From Candidatus Bathyarchaeia archaeon (GTDB lineage Archaea; Thermoproteota; Bathyarchaeia; Bathyarchaeales; Bathycorpusculaceae): a stretch of DNA of 64,000 nt. The stretch lies in contig JAVZLQ010000005.1 in assembly GCA_038883655.1 (NCBI GenBank), positions 10,854-74,853 on the forward strand, read 5' to 3'. How positions within the stretch are numbered: the first letter of the stretch is position 1; every line of letters starts with the position of its first letter. A program made the position numbers and the translations under genes. This document shows, one piece after another, positions 1-8,256 of the stretch. The notes under the pieces were generated by a model. The model saw only the letters and a program-made list of their open reading frames with translations, did no database searches and was not told the DNA's origin.

Positions 1-131
1 CTCGCTAATCACAGTTTTTCTCTGTGTTCTATCCGACGAGCCTCTAACATACGTCATGTTTCATTCTCCTTGTAATGTCTAATGAACTTAAGGAAAGTGA
101 AGCGGAAAGGCTAGAGCGGGTAAGCATAAAG

Positions 132-302
132 TCACCGCCTCGCAATTATAATTATGATTATTAACCCTGCCAACACAAGCAATAGGAAGCCTAGAACAAA
201 CATTGAAGCGAAGCTGGAGTTTAACAAGTAAAGTGCAGGAATCAAACCGCACAAACAAAGAACAAGCAAAACCAAACTTAAGATTCCCTCATCATCGAAC
301 AT
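132..302 (-). CDS. Small 2-TM membrane protein (56 aa, MFDDEGILSLVLLVL...)
   Basis: ATG at 302 after AAGAGGG, in the ORF-track frame 132..410; two hydrophobic stretches. Confidence 0.6.
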   Translation of the reverse strand: MFDDEGILSLVLLVLCLCGLIPALYLLNSSFASMFVLGFLLLVLAGLIIIIIIARR

Positions 303-462
303 AATCAACCCTCTTTTTGCGAATATGCTCCTCAAGTTCTTTTTCTCGTCTAAGCTCTTCCAAATCCGCCCTAAGCAGCTCCAAGATAAGAAGTTCACGT
401 TCTCTTTCAATTTCGCTAAGTTTAACCCTCTTTCTTTTCCTTTTTTCCTTCACTTTCTCCAT
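292..462 (-). CDS. Small basic/coiled-coil protein (56 aa, MEKVKEKRKRKRVKLSEIERERELL...)
   Basis: Hand-translated; AGGTGAGG RBS before ATG; overlaps start of next gene. Confidence 0.55.
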   Translation of the reverse strand: MEKVKEKRKRKRVKLSEIERERELLILELLRADLEELRREKELEEHIRKKRVDYVR

Positions 463-556
463 ATTTCCGCCTCACCTTAGCGATTAAATTATCGAAATAC
501 TCACGCAATAAGAAGCCTAAAAGAAAGCCCAAAAAAATTAGCACATACTCATCCAT
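422..556 (-). CDS. Small single-TM protein (44 aa, MDEYVLIFLGFLLGFLLREYFD...)
   Basis: Hand-translated; start overlaps the stop of the upstream ORF. Confidence 0.45.
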   Translation of the reverse strand: MDEYVLIFLGFLLGFLLREYFDNLIAKVRRKYGESEGKKEKKEG

Positions 557-853
557 GCTCTAAAACCTCGCTAAGTTTCTCGATAACAAAGGTTTTCCTT
601 CCTTTGCGGTTCAACTTATAAAATTCTAAAACCCGCTCTATCGGAAGGCCCGAGTAAACGTCTATTATTGCCTTCAAAAGCATGGCCCTGCCTTGATAAC
701 CTTCATTAATAGGATAAACAGAATCCTCACTTTCGAAAATAATCTTTAACAAACGTAAAATATCTTCAAAACTGAAAACTTCTCCATAGGCCCAATCTTA
801 ACAAGCTTATCGTTAACCCCCTTTTTGCCCCTCAGAATTTCAAACCTAACCAT
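549..853 (-). pseudogene. Hypothetical element gene apparently split by a 1-nt frameshift near 785-790
   Basis: ATG at 853 gives MVRFEILRGKKGVNDKLVKIGP then stops; a shifted frame continues GEVFSFEDILRLLKIIFESED... to 549. Confidence 0.4.
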
Positions 854-1739
854 TAGAACCTCTCCATTTTATTTGGGCCCTGTTGGGTTCAGAATCGAGA
901 GGTTTAGCGTTTAGTATGGCCTCTTCTTCAGGTGTCAAGGCATATTGAGGCATATCTGATATGCTTTCACTTTCACTCAACTGATTTGTGTGTGTGCTGT
1001 CTATAGCTTCTTCTTCTTTCTTTTTATCTCCCCCCATATCCCCCCTCTTATTCTCTGAGGCCTCTATGTTGGTTTGGTTTCTCTGCAGTCTCTCCGTGCG
1101 AGGAGACACCGAGGTTTCTCCTACTGATACCTCTTCCTCTAATCCAGCATGGTTTAGGCTTCTACTTAATTGTGAATGGGGTTCTATGTATAGACTGCAC
1201 ACACGCATTTCTTCTTTGGAAACTTCAGAGCTTCCTTCAAGTTCTTGTAGGCTGTTAACGACTTCTTGAGCTTCTCCTTCTTGTTCTTCTTGTAGAGTGG
1301 TTTGAACCGTGTAGTATGGCATAAGTTCATGATGAATAAGATAGCGTGTTTCCTTTCCTTCTTTGACTTTTGAAATGTAACCTAAAATTTCAAGTAGTCC
1401 AGTTTTAGCTGGTAATCTTCTTTCATTCATGTATTCGAATTGAGCCACTTTTCCGCTCATTCGGTTCATTCTTACAACTTTGCTTAGGCCCGTGTGTCTT
1501 TCCACTTTCTCAGGCCTTCCTAGGTAGCGTTCTATTGTGCGTTTGTCGTTAGAGCCGAAAAATTGGATAAACTCAAACTCGAGAGTTTCGTATCTGCATT
1601 TTTTGAGGCCTACTTCCCACAAGTGGGCCATAAACTCTATGGCCCGATTAGTGCTTATGAAAGCTCCACGTTTAAGAAAGCGTCTAAGTTTTGGTTCTGT
1701 GGTAAAGCTTTTTAACGGTTTTGTGTTTATTTCTCCCAT
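846..1739 (-). CDS. Hypothetical protein of the integrated element (basic N-domain, acidic low-complexity C-half)
   Basis: 297-aa ORF with GGAGGG RBS; no recognisable family. Confidence 0.7.
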   Translation of the reverse strand: MGEINTKPLKSFTTEPKLRRFLKRGAFISTNRAIEFMAHLWEVGLKKCRYETLEFEFIQFFGSNDKRTIERYLGRPEKVERHTGLSKVVRMNRMSGKVAQFEYMNERRLPAKTGLLEILGYISKVKEGKETRYLIHHELMPYYTVQTTLQEEQEGEAQEVVNSLQELEGSSEVSKEEMRVCSLYIEPHSQLSRSLNHAGLEEEVSVGETSVSPRTERLQRNQTNIEASENKRGDMGGDKKKEEEAIDSTHTNQLSESESISDMPQYALTPEEEAILNAKPLDSEPNRAQIKWRGSNG

Positions 1740-1779
1740 GAGGCCCTCCAGCCTTCCTTTTTCTGTTTAAGCTTCCATG

Positions 1780-1911
1780 TTAGCCTCGGTTTCTTTTGGT
1801 GTAAATTTGTGAGCCTCTTATGTGTCCACACCTAGGACATTTTAAGGGATTTTCCACTCGAGGAATCCACTCATGGCCGCACTTTTCGCATTTTATTTTG
1901 AGCAGTTGCAT
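1780..1911 (-). CDS. Small Zn-finger protein (43 aa, MQLLKIKCEKCGHEWIPRVENPLKCPRCGHIRG...)
   Basis: Hand-translated; CxxCGHxWxPR...CPxC pattern typical of archaeal viral Zn-ribbon proteins; below ORF-track cutoff. Confidence 0.65.
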   Translation of the reverse strand: MQLLKIKCEKCGHEWIPRVENPLKCPRCGHIRGSQIYTKRNRG

Positions 1912-1989
1912 GGTTTCACTCTCATTATCTTCATTATGCGGAAGTTTTATATAAGTCAAGATGTAGCATAATTAAGTGGAAGTGGTTAT

Positions 1990-2616
1990 ATGACAAAACC
2001 GAAAAACAATTATCATATGTCAAAAGAGCCAAATGATTTGCCACTATTACAAAGAACTATAATTACACATTTAGCTCAAAATGGGCCTCAAACCATTAAT
2101 GAAACTGTGCAAAACATCAAGCACCATTATAAGCCTACATGGATAGCCTTCGGAAGCCTTCAGAAAAAAAAGTTAATTCAAAAAGTTAATTCTAAAAAGT
2201 ATCGAGGAAGAGAATACTCTCAATATTGGCTTACAGAGAAAGGCGTAATCTACGCTTTAGCTAAGGAAATGAACCCTCAAAAACTGCTAGTTCACACGGA
2301 AAACGTTTACGGAAAAAACAGCCTAATGGCCCTGCTTGTCAAATTGGCTCAGGCTTTAGGCCCTAAGGCTTACCGTTTCTGCTTAAACCTAATGCTTGAT
2401 AAGGGCTTAACAGAGGAATCCGTTTCTATCGCTTTGAACACAAGCCTAATCTACGCCTCACAGCTTAGCGGTAAGAACCCTCAAACCCTAATGAAGGAAA
2501 TCTTAACGGTTCTGAAGGATTTTCCACAGTTTTATAGCCTATACAAACAAACCTTTCATGGAATCAAAAAGGGAATTCTTAGCCTTTCTGAAATTGTGGA
2601 AGGTGTTAAGGTATGA
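1990..2616 (+). CDS. Winged-helix DNA-binding protein (putative element repressor)
   Basis: wHTH pattern ending YWLTEKG; divergent from the leftward element operon with TTTATATAA between. Confidence 0.65.
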   Translation: MTKPKNNYHMSKEPNDLPLLQRTIITHLAQNGPQTINETVQNIKHHYKPTWIAFGSLQKKKLIQKVNSKKYRGREYSQYWLTEKGVIYALAKEMNPQKLLVHTENVYGKNSLMALLVKLAQALGPKAYRFCLNLMLDKGLTEESVSIALNTSLIYASQLSGKNPQTLMKEILTVLKDFPQFYSLYKQTFHGIKKGILSLSEIVEGVKV

Positions 2617-3017
2617 GGTTTGAGCACGGATTAAATCACTCGAGTAGTTTAGCCCAAATCACTCGAGTAAAACCAGCTAAAAAAGAACCTAGAAAAACAG
2701 TCGGAATCACACTTCCACCTCATTTAATAACGGAAGCAAAAAACCACAACCTAAACATAAGCAGAATCTGTGAACAAGCTCTCACATCAATTCTGGAATA
2801 TCTGCAAACTCAAAATCAAACCGAAAGCTCTAAATCTTTTAGTGAAGCTTTTCTTCAGAGAAAAGGTTCGAGGGCCCGTAGCTCAGTAAGGATAGAGCAC
2901 CGGGCTTTTAACCCGGGGGTCCCGGGTTCAAACTTGAAAAGGCACAACCTTCAAGGAACAGTTCCCGGCGGGCCCGCCAACAACAATAATTCTTTAACAC
3001 TTTTTTATAAAAAATAG
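2613..3017 (+). CDS. CcdA/RHH-like protein, probable N-fragment of a split tyrosine integrase, overlapping tRNA-Lys
   Basis: TVGITLPPHLITEAKNHNLNISRICEQAL resembles CcdA-type RHH; frame continues through the tRNA gene (RARSSVRIEHRAFNPGVPGSN). Confidence 0.55.
   Translation: MRFEHGLNHSSSLAQITRVKPAKKEPRKTVGITLPPHLITEAKNHNLNISRICEQALTSILEYLQTQNQTESSKSFSEAFLQRKGSRARSSVRIEHRAFNPGVPGSNLKRHNLQGTVPGGPANNNNSLTLFYKK
2633..2669. repeat. 14-bp direct repeat AAATCACTCGAGTA x2 with palindromic ACTCGAGT core
   Basis: Exact copies at 2633-2646 and 2656-2669. Confidence 0.85.
2872..2979 (+). tRNA. tRNA-Lys(UUU) with 30-nt T-loop intron (58/59, 2932-2961); CCA encoded
   Basis: GGGCCCG/CGGGCCC acceptor stem; CCGGG-CT-TTT-AA-CCCGG anticodon arm; BHB with central helix GTTC/GAAC and inner helix CTTGAA/TTCAAG. 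Confidence 0.9.
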
Positions 3018-3102
3018 AAAATATAACTTTTAAAAACACATCCTTTGTAGTAATATTTGTGATTGCGGAATATTTGTTAAAGTATACGCCATTAAATTAT
3101 GC

Positions 3103-4827
3103 TTGATGATTATGAATGCCACGCTGAAAAAGGTAGTGCTAATACTTGCAATTACCGTTACACTTCTAGGTTTTGCAAGAATAAATGTCATGACAGCTCG
3201 CTCGGATGCTCGACAAATAGACCTTTTCACTCAAAAAATCCCATACAGCGGGAAAGGGCCAAATGTGCCAAGCGATTCTTTTCAACCGCAGGAACTTGTT
3301 ATCCTTTACGCTAATGTGACCTACAATGATTGTCCTGTTGCAAACAAGCTTGTGGCTTTTCAAGTCAACAACCCGGCAAATAAATTTTGGAACATAACAA
3401 TTGTCGGTGTAAATGCCACGGACAGCAACGGAATAGCCCAATTTTCTTTCCGCATTCCCTGGTCTATGGAGAATTCTGAGGATATAATTTTTGGCGAATG
3501 GTTTTCGGTGGCAACGGTGGATGTGGGCGGCGAAGTTGTCATGGATACTTTAATTTTTAAGGTTGGGTGGATTGTTGAAGTAACAAAATTGGAAACTTTG
3601 GACAAATATTTGATTCCAAAGACAAAATTTTTCCGTGAAGAAGCCATAATATTCAACTTGACGGTCAAAAATATAGCCTTTACACCTAAACTTGGCACTA
3701 TAACAATTGATGCACAGGACGCAGCTAACAATCCAATAATACATGTCGAAATAGAAAACGCAGTATTCCAGCCTGGCGTAAATTGTGTAAACATAACCTC
3801 CAGCATACCTAAAAACAGTGCTGTCGGAGAAGCAACTGTTTCAGCGGTTGCTCACACAGCATTGCCGGAAAAAGGTGGAGTTCCCTATTGTCCACCATTT
3901 TATTCAACTTTCGAAATACTTGCCCCCCCAATCAAGCAATATTATTTGACCGTCAAAACGGAACCACATAACATAAGCATGCTTCACCCAATATATGGCG
4001 AAGGATGGTACAATGAGGGATCAGTCGTTAACCTTTCTGCCCCCAAGGAAATCCTATATGTAAACATAGGTGTCCGTTACTTGTTTCTTTACTGGGATGT
4101 GGATGGCCATACTCAAGGTTCAGGTGTCAACACGATTTCAGTGGTTATGGATAATAATCATACTGCCACGGCGCACTACGTTCTGCAATATTATCTGACT
4201 GTGAAGTCTCCTTATGGAACATCCGGCGGCGCTGGATGGTACAACGCTGGGTCAGTTGCTTATGCCACTCTTAATTTTGGGCTTCTAGATCATTGGAATG
4301 GAACGCGTAGAGCCTTTACTTGTTGGAGTGGCGATGCTTCTGGAATGCTCTATAATCAGAGTAACCCCATACTTATGGATGGACCGAAGACTGCGATTGC
4401 GCTTTGGAAGACGCAGTTTTACCTTTCCGTTAGGGTGGATCCAATCGGAATAACTGCGGTTTCTGGTGAGGGTTGGTATGACGCTGGGGCGAATGTTACT
4501 TTAAGTGCCCCGCATGTTTCTGATTATAATTTCAGCCATTGGGATGTCAATGGGGTTTCTCAAGGTTCAGGAGTTAGCATCATAACGATTTTTATGGACG
4601 CGCCTAAAACTGCAACTGCACATTATGTTAAAGAGGCGGCTCCATGGGCTTGGTTCCTTCCAGAATGGTTCTACTGGCTTCTTTTACTGCTTCTACTCTT
4701 ACTAGTTCTAATTTTATTGATCTTGTATTACCGCAGAAGAAAAAGGAAAGAGACTGGAGAATTTCATTCCGGATGGACTGCATGGTACTATTGTTATAAT
4801 TTGCGTGAAGCCAGAAAAATTGGTTGA
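3103..4827 (+). CDS. Membrane-anchored surface protein with Ig-like and InlB-B/Flg_new-like repeats
   Basis: Signal peptide; repeated G(E/A)GWY...MD...TA units; C-terminal Leu-rich TM followed by RRRKRK. Confidence 0.8.
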   Translation: MMIMNATLKKVVLILAITVTLLGFARINVMTARSDARQIDLFTQKIPYSGKGPNVPSDSFQPQELVILYANVTYNDCPVANKLVAFQVNNPANKFWNITIVGVNATDSNGIAQFSFRIPWSMENSEDIIFGEWFSVATVDVGGEVVMDTLIFKVGWIVEVTKLETLDKYLIPKTKFFREEAIIFNLTVKNIAFTPKLGTITIDAQDAANNPIIHVEIENAVFQPGVNCVNITSSIPKNSAVGEATVSAVAHTALPEKGGVPYCPPFYSTFEILAPPIKQYYLTVKTEPHNISMLHPIYGEGWYNEGSVVNLSAPKEILYVNIGVRYLFLYWDVDGHTQGSGVNTISVVMDNNHTATAHYVLQYYLTVKSPYGTSGGAGWYNAGSVAYATLNFGLLDHWNGTRRAFTCWSGDASGMLYNQSNPILMDGPKTAIALWKTQFYLSVRVDPIGITAVSGEGWYDAGANVTLSAPHVSDYNFSHWDVNGVSQGSGVSIITIFMDAPKTATAHYVKEAAPWAWFLPEWFYWLLLLLLLLLVLILLILYYRRRKRKETGEFHSGWTAWYYCYNLREARKIG

Positions 4828-5005
4828 AAGCCTTCTCTTCCTCCACATCAAGCTAAGCATCAGAATGTCCAAATCTACATAAATTAATTGCTATCTAGGC
4901 TGGCATATTCCACTCTCAAAAATATATTGTTTACGTGGTCATTTCAATTTTGGAAATTTCGCTTTATAAGCTGTAAGCAGATTTTTATCTTGAGGAGAAG
5001 GCGAG

Positions 5006-5125
5006 ATGCTTGAAGAAACAGCTTCTGGAGCCATTCAAATGCTGATGCTGTTCTTCTGGGTTACTTTAGCCTTCGTAATATTTTATGGCGCCCTATGGGT
5101 GCGCTCCCAAAAGAAAACCACGTGA
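5006..5125 (+). CDS. Small single-TM peptide (39 aa, MLEETASGAIQMLMLFFWVTLAFVIFYGALWVRSQKKTT)
   Basis: Hand-translated; GAGGAG RBS; TTTATAA box about 40 nt upstream. Confidence 0.5.
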   Translation: MLEETASGAIQMLMLFFWVTLAFVIFYGALWVRSQKKTT

Positions 5126-5174
5126 ATAATATACGAAACGCATAAATCTCAATTTCACGCTTAAAATTTTGATT

Positions 5175-5334
5175 CGGGCGGTAGCTCAGCCTGGTAGAGC
5201 TTCCGAGCCTGCTGACAAGGCTCAGCAGACGGAGACGCTGTAGACGCCTACCAATGGTGGGCGTTCCATTTCAGCCTGCCAGGCGCACAACAGAAACCGG
5301 AGTGTCGCAGGTTCAAATCCTGCCCGCCCGACCA
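5175..5334 (+). tRNA. tRNA-Tyr(GUA) with introns at 30/31 (5206-5236) and 37/38 (5244-5295); CCA encoded
   Basis: C1-G72 and A73 Tyr identity; splicing yields TCCGG-CT-GTA-GA-CCGGA; BHB central helices CTTC/GGAG and CTGT/ACAG. Confidence 0.88.
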
Positions 5335-5396
5335 AAGCAATCATAAATATTTAACTTGAACATTATTCTATATGCACTAATGGTAGGTAGAGGGTT

Positions 5397-6329
5397 ATGA
5401 GTAAAAGTTTCACATTTCTTATAATAGAGCCCATTCACCCTTGCGGAATAGAGGTTTTGGAAAAATATGGAAAAGTGATTCAGCTTAGCTCCAATGCTAC
5501 TTGGAAGGATATTTTAAAGTTTTGTAAGGAGGCCGACGTTTTCATCACTAGAGGTTTTATAAAAATTCCGAGGGAAGTTTTGGACGCTTCTGAGAATCTT
5601 AAAGTGATTGGGGTTCATGGTGTAGGGGTTGATCATATCGATGTGGATTTTGCAGAGAGAAAGGGTATTCGTATAGTTCGAACTCCAGAAGCATTAACTG
5701 ATAGCGTGGCTGAATTCACTGTTGGACTTATCTTGACTCTCTTACGAAAGATACCCTTAGCTGATGATGCTGTTAAGAAAGGAGAGTGGAACAAGAAATA
5801 CAGTAGTCTAGTTGGCGTTGAGCTTATGGGTAAGACCGTAGGGATTTTGGGATTTGGGCGGATTGGAAGCGCTGTTGCTAAGAGGCTTTGCGGTTTTAAC
5901 GTTAACTTGGTCTATTATAAACGGAACAGAAGCGTGGAGCTTGAAAGGCAACTTGGAGTAAAATACGTTTCTTTTAACGAACTTTTGAAGATTTCAGATG
6001 TAATATCAATTCATGTTCCGTTAACCTCCGAAACTTATCATATGATTTCCTTTAAGGAGTTTGCTTTAATGAAGCGTGGCGTTTACATTGTTAACACAGC
6101 TAGGGGCGCAGTCATAGACGAAAAGGCATTGTATGAGGCTTTGGTTTCTGGGAAAGTGGCTGGAGCAGCCTTGGATGTTTTCGAATCTGAACCTTTAAGT
6201 TTAGATAATCCTTTAACAAAGTTTGATAATGTTATTCTTACACCACATTTGGCAGCAAGTTGTGAGGAAACCCTTAAGAGGCTTGCTGTGGCGGTAGCCG
6301 AGAAAGTTATTCAAGCCTTAAAAGAGTAA
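5397..6329 (+). CDS. D-isomer-specific 2-hydroxyacid dehydrogenase (SerA-like, no ACT domain)
   Basis: GVGVDHID, GFGRIG, VNTARG, LTPHLA motifs. Confidence 0.9.
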   Translation: MSKSFTFLIIEPIHPCGIEVLEKYGKVIQLSSNATWKDILKFCKEADVFITRGFIKIPREVLDASENLKVIGVHGVGVDHIDVDFAERKGIRIVRTPEALTDSVAEFTVGLILTLLRKIPLADDAVKKGEWNKKYSSLVGVELMGKTVGILGFGRIGSAVAKRLCGFNVNLVYYKRNRSVELERQLGVKYVSFNELLKISDVISIHVPLTSETYHMISFKEFALMKRGVYIVNTARGAVIDEKALYEALVSGKVAGAALDVFESEPLSLDNPLTKFDNVILTPHLAASCEETLKRLAVAVAEKVIQALKE

Positions 6330-7830
6330 ACATAGCTTGCTTAGTCTTTTCTATGTCTTCACTTAGCACTCTGTCTTCTCTTAGCATTGGTACTACTTTT
6401 CTGATGGCTAAATAGGCTTTTTTGGTTCTTTTTCCGAGTTTTTCTGATCCGCGTAGGTCTATGGCTTGGGCTGCGCAGAGCAGTTCTATTGCTATTATGT
6501 ATTGTGTGTTTTGCAGAATTTTTGCGGCTTTTTGGGCGGCTGTTGCTCCCATACTTACGAAGTCTTCGAAGTTTGCTGATGTTGGTACTGAGTCTACGCA
6601 TGCTGGATGCGCAAGAACCTTGTTTTCTGAGGCTAGGGCTGCTGCTGTGTACTGTGTTGTCATTAGGCCGCTGTTTAACCCAACCTTTGCTTGTGGCGGG
6701 ATTAGGAATGCTGGGAGTCCATTATTTAGTTTTTCATCTAGCAGCCTAGCTATTCTTCTTTCTGAAATGTTTCCAACAATTGTTAATGCCATTCCTAGAA
6801 GGTCCATTGCTATTGACAGTGGTTGTCCGTGAAAGTTTCCGCCTGAGAGGCATACGCCTTCTTCTGGAAAAACAAGCGGGTTGTCCGTGGCTGAGTTTAT
6901 TTCTGTTTCCACAACTTTTCTCGCGTAAGCTATTGCGTCTCTTGCTGCGCCTAAAACTTGCGGTGTGCACCTTAAGCTGTATGGGTCGTGTGGCCGCCCT
7001 GTGTTCTTCATTGCCTCCTTTCCTGTTTGTACGAGTTTGCTTCCAGCTATCATTTCCCTGATGTTTTTTGCTGTTGTGACTTGCCCCGGATGCGGTCTTA
7101 CTTTGTGGATTTTTTCGTCGTAGGCGTCTGCAACGCCTAAAAGTGCTTCAAGCGAAAGCGCGGCTGCGGCTTCTGCCGCTTTTATTAGGTTTTCGGCGTC
7201 GTGAACTGTTAGGGCTGCTATTGCCGTTATTAGTTGGGTGCCGTTGTTTAGGGCTACGCCTTCTTTGAATTCGAGTTGGACTGGTTTTATTCCAGCCTTT
7301 TCAATGGCTTCCTTTCCATTCATGACTTTGCCTTTGTATTCGGCTTTTCCTTCGCCTATGAGAACGAGAACCATGTGTGATAGCGGCGCTAGGTCTCCGC
7401 TAGCACCCACAGAACCCTTAGAAGGGATTATTGGATGCACTCCCTTGTTCAGCATTTCTATAAGTGTTTCCAATGTTTCTAGGCGTATGCCCGAATAGCC
7501 TTTAGCCAAAGTGTTTGCACGTAAAAGCATCAATGCTCGGACAACGTCTTTGCTTAACGGTTCTCCAACGCTTGTTGCGTGACTTCTTATCAGGTTTAGT
7601 TGGAGCGCTTTCGTTTCTTCTTGTGGGATTTTTATGTTACTTAGCGCTCCGAAGGCAGTGTTTACTCCGTAGATGACCTCTTTTTTGTTAACTAGTTCTT
7701 CGAGGAGGTTGCGGCATTTTTTTACGCGGTTTTTAACTTTTTCTGGTATTGTGACTTTTGCGTTTTCTCGTGCAACTTTAACAACGTCTTCTATTGTTAG
7801 GTTTTCTCCGTCAATTTGGACTTCATGCAT
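6307..7830 (-). CDS. hutH: Histidine ammonia-lyase
   Basis: GSVGASGDLAPL MIO motif, YSLRCTPQV, GGNFHGQP, EDFVSMG. Confidence 0.92.
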   Translation of the reverse strand: MHEVQIDGENLTIEDVVKVARENAKVTIPEKVKNRVKKCRNLLEELVNKKEVIYGVNTAFGALSNIKIPQEETKALQLNLIRSHATSVGEPLSKDVVRALMLLRANTLAKGYSGIRLETLETLIEMLNKGVHPIIPSKGSVGASGDLAPLSHMVLVLIGEGKAEYKGKVMNGKEAIEKAGIKPVQLEFKEGVALNNGTQLITAIAALTVHDAENLIKAAEAAAALSLEALLGVADAYDEKIHKVRPHPGQVTTAKNIREMIAGSKLVQTGKEAMKNTGRPHDPYSLRCTPQVLGAARDAIAYARKVVETEINSATDNPLVFPEEGVCLSGGNFHGQPLSIAMDLLGMALTIVGNISERRIARLLDEKLNNGLPAFLIPPQAKVGLNSGLMTTQYTAAALASENKVLAHPACVDSVPTSANFEDFVSMGATAAQKAAKILQNTQYIIAIELLCAAQAIDLRGSEKLGKRTKKAYLAIRKVVPMLREDRVLSEDIEKTKQAMFTLLRLE

Positions 7831-8013
7831 GAAACGTCTTCTCCTCTATGCATTACGCTTTTAAAGTTTTTAATTTTAATGTTTACATTTATTTCTGTCA
7901 GTTATTCGGGAAAATTTTGTTATAAAGACTTATTTTTGGAAATATTTTTCATAAAACTTTTATATCTGATGGGTTGTGGATAACAGTAATTGAATGTGAA
8001 CTTTGGTGTTCGC

Positions 8014-8256
8014 ATGGAGCCAAGCAAGAAACCATTAAACGTTCTTGTCAAACAGCTAAATGCAAACATTTCCGTTGTCCTAAAGAATGGATGCGAATAT
8101 AAGGGTAAGATGATTAAGTGTGATGGGCACATGAATATTCTCCTCGAAGGCGCAACAGAATGCAGAGACGAGCAGCTAATCACAAACTATGGAAATGTTC
8201 TGCTGCGTGGAAACAACATACTCTACATAGTTCTAGATTCATTAAAGAGCGGTTAA
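8014..8256 (+). CDS. Sm-like archaeal protein (LSm)
   Basis: Sm1 (D.HMNILL) and Sm2 (GNVLLRGNNI) motifs. Confidence 0.9.
   Translation: MEPSKKPLNVLVKQLNANISVVLKNGCEYKGKMIKCDGHMNILLEGATECRDEQLITNYGNVLLRGNNILYIVLDSLKSG

Larger units (their letters stand above)
1..2871. mobile_element. Right end of an integrated element (provirus/plasmid) abutting tRNA-Lys; left end outside window
   Basis: Dense small hypothetical ORFs (membrane peptides, Zn-finger, wHTH) ending in an ORF that reads into a tRNA gene; word usage differs from downstream host genes. Confidence 0.7.
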
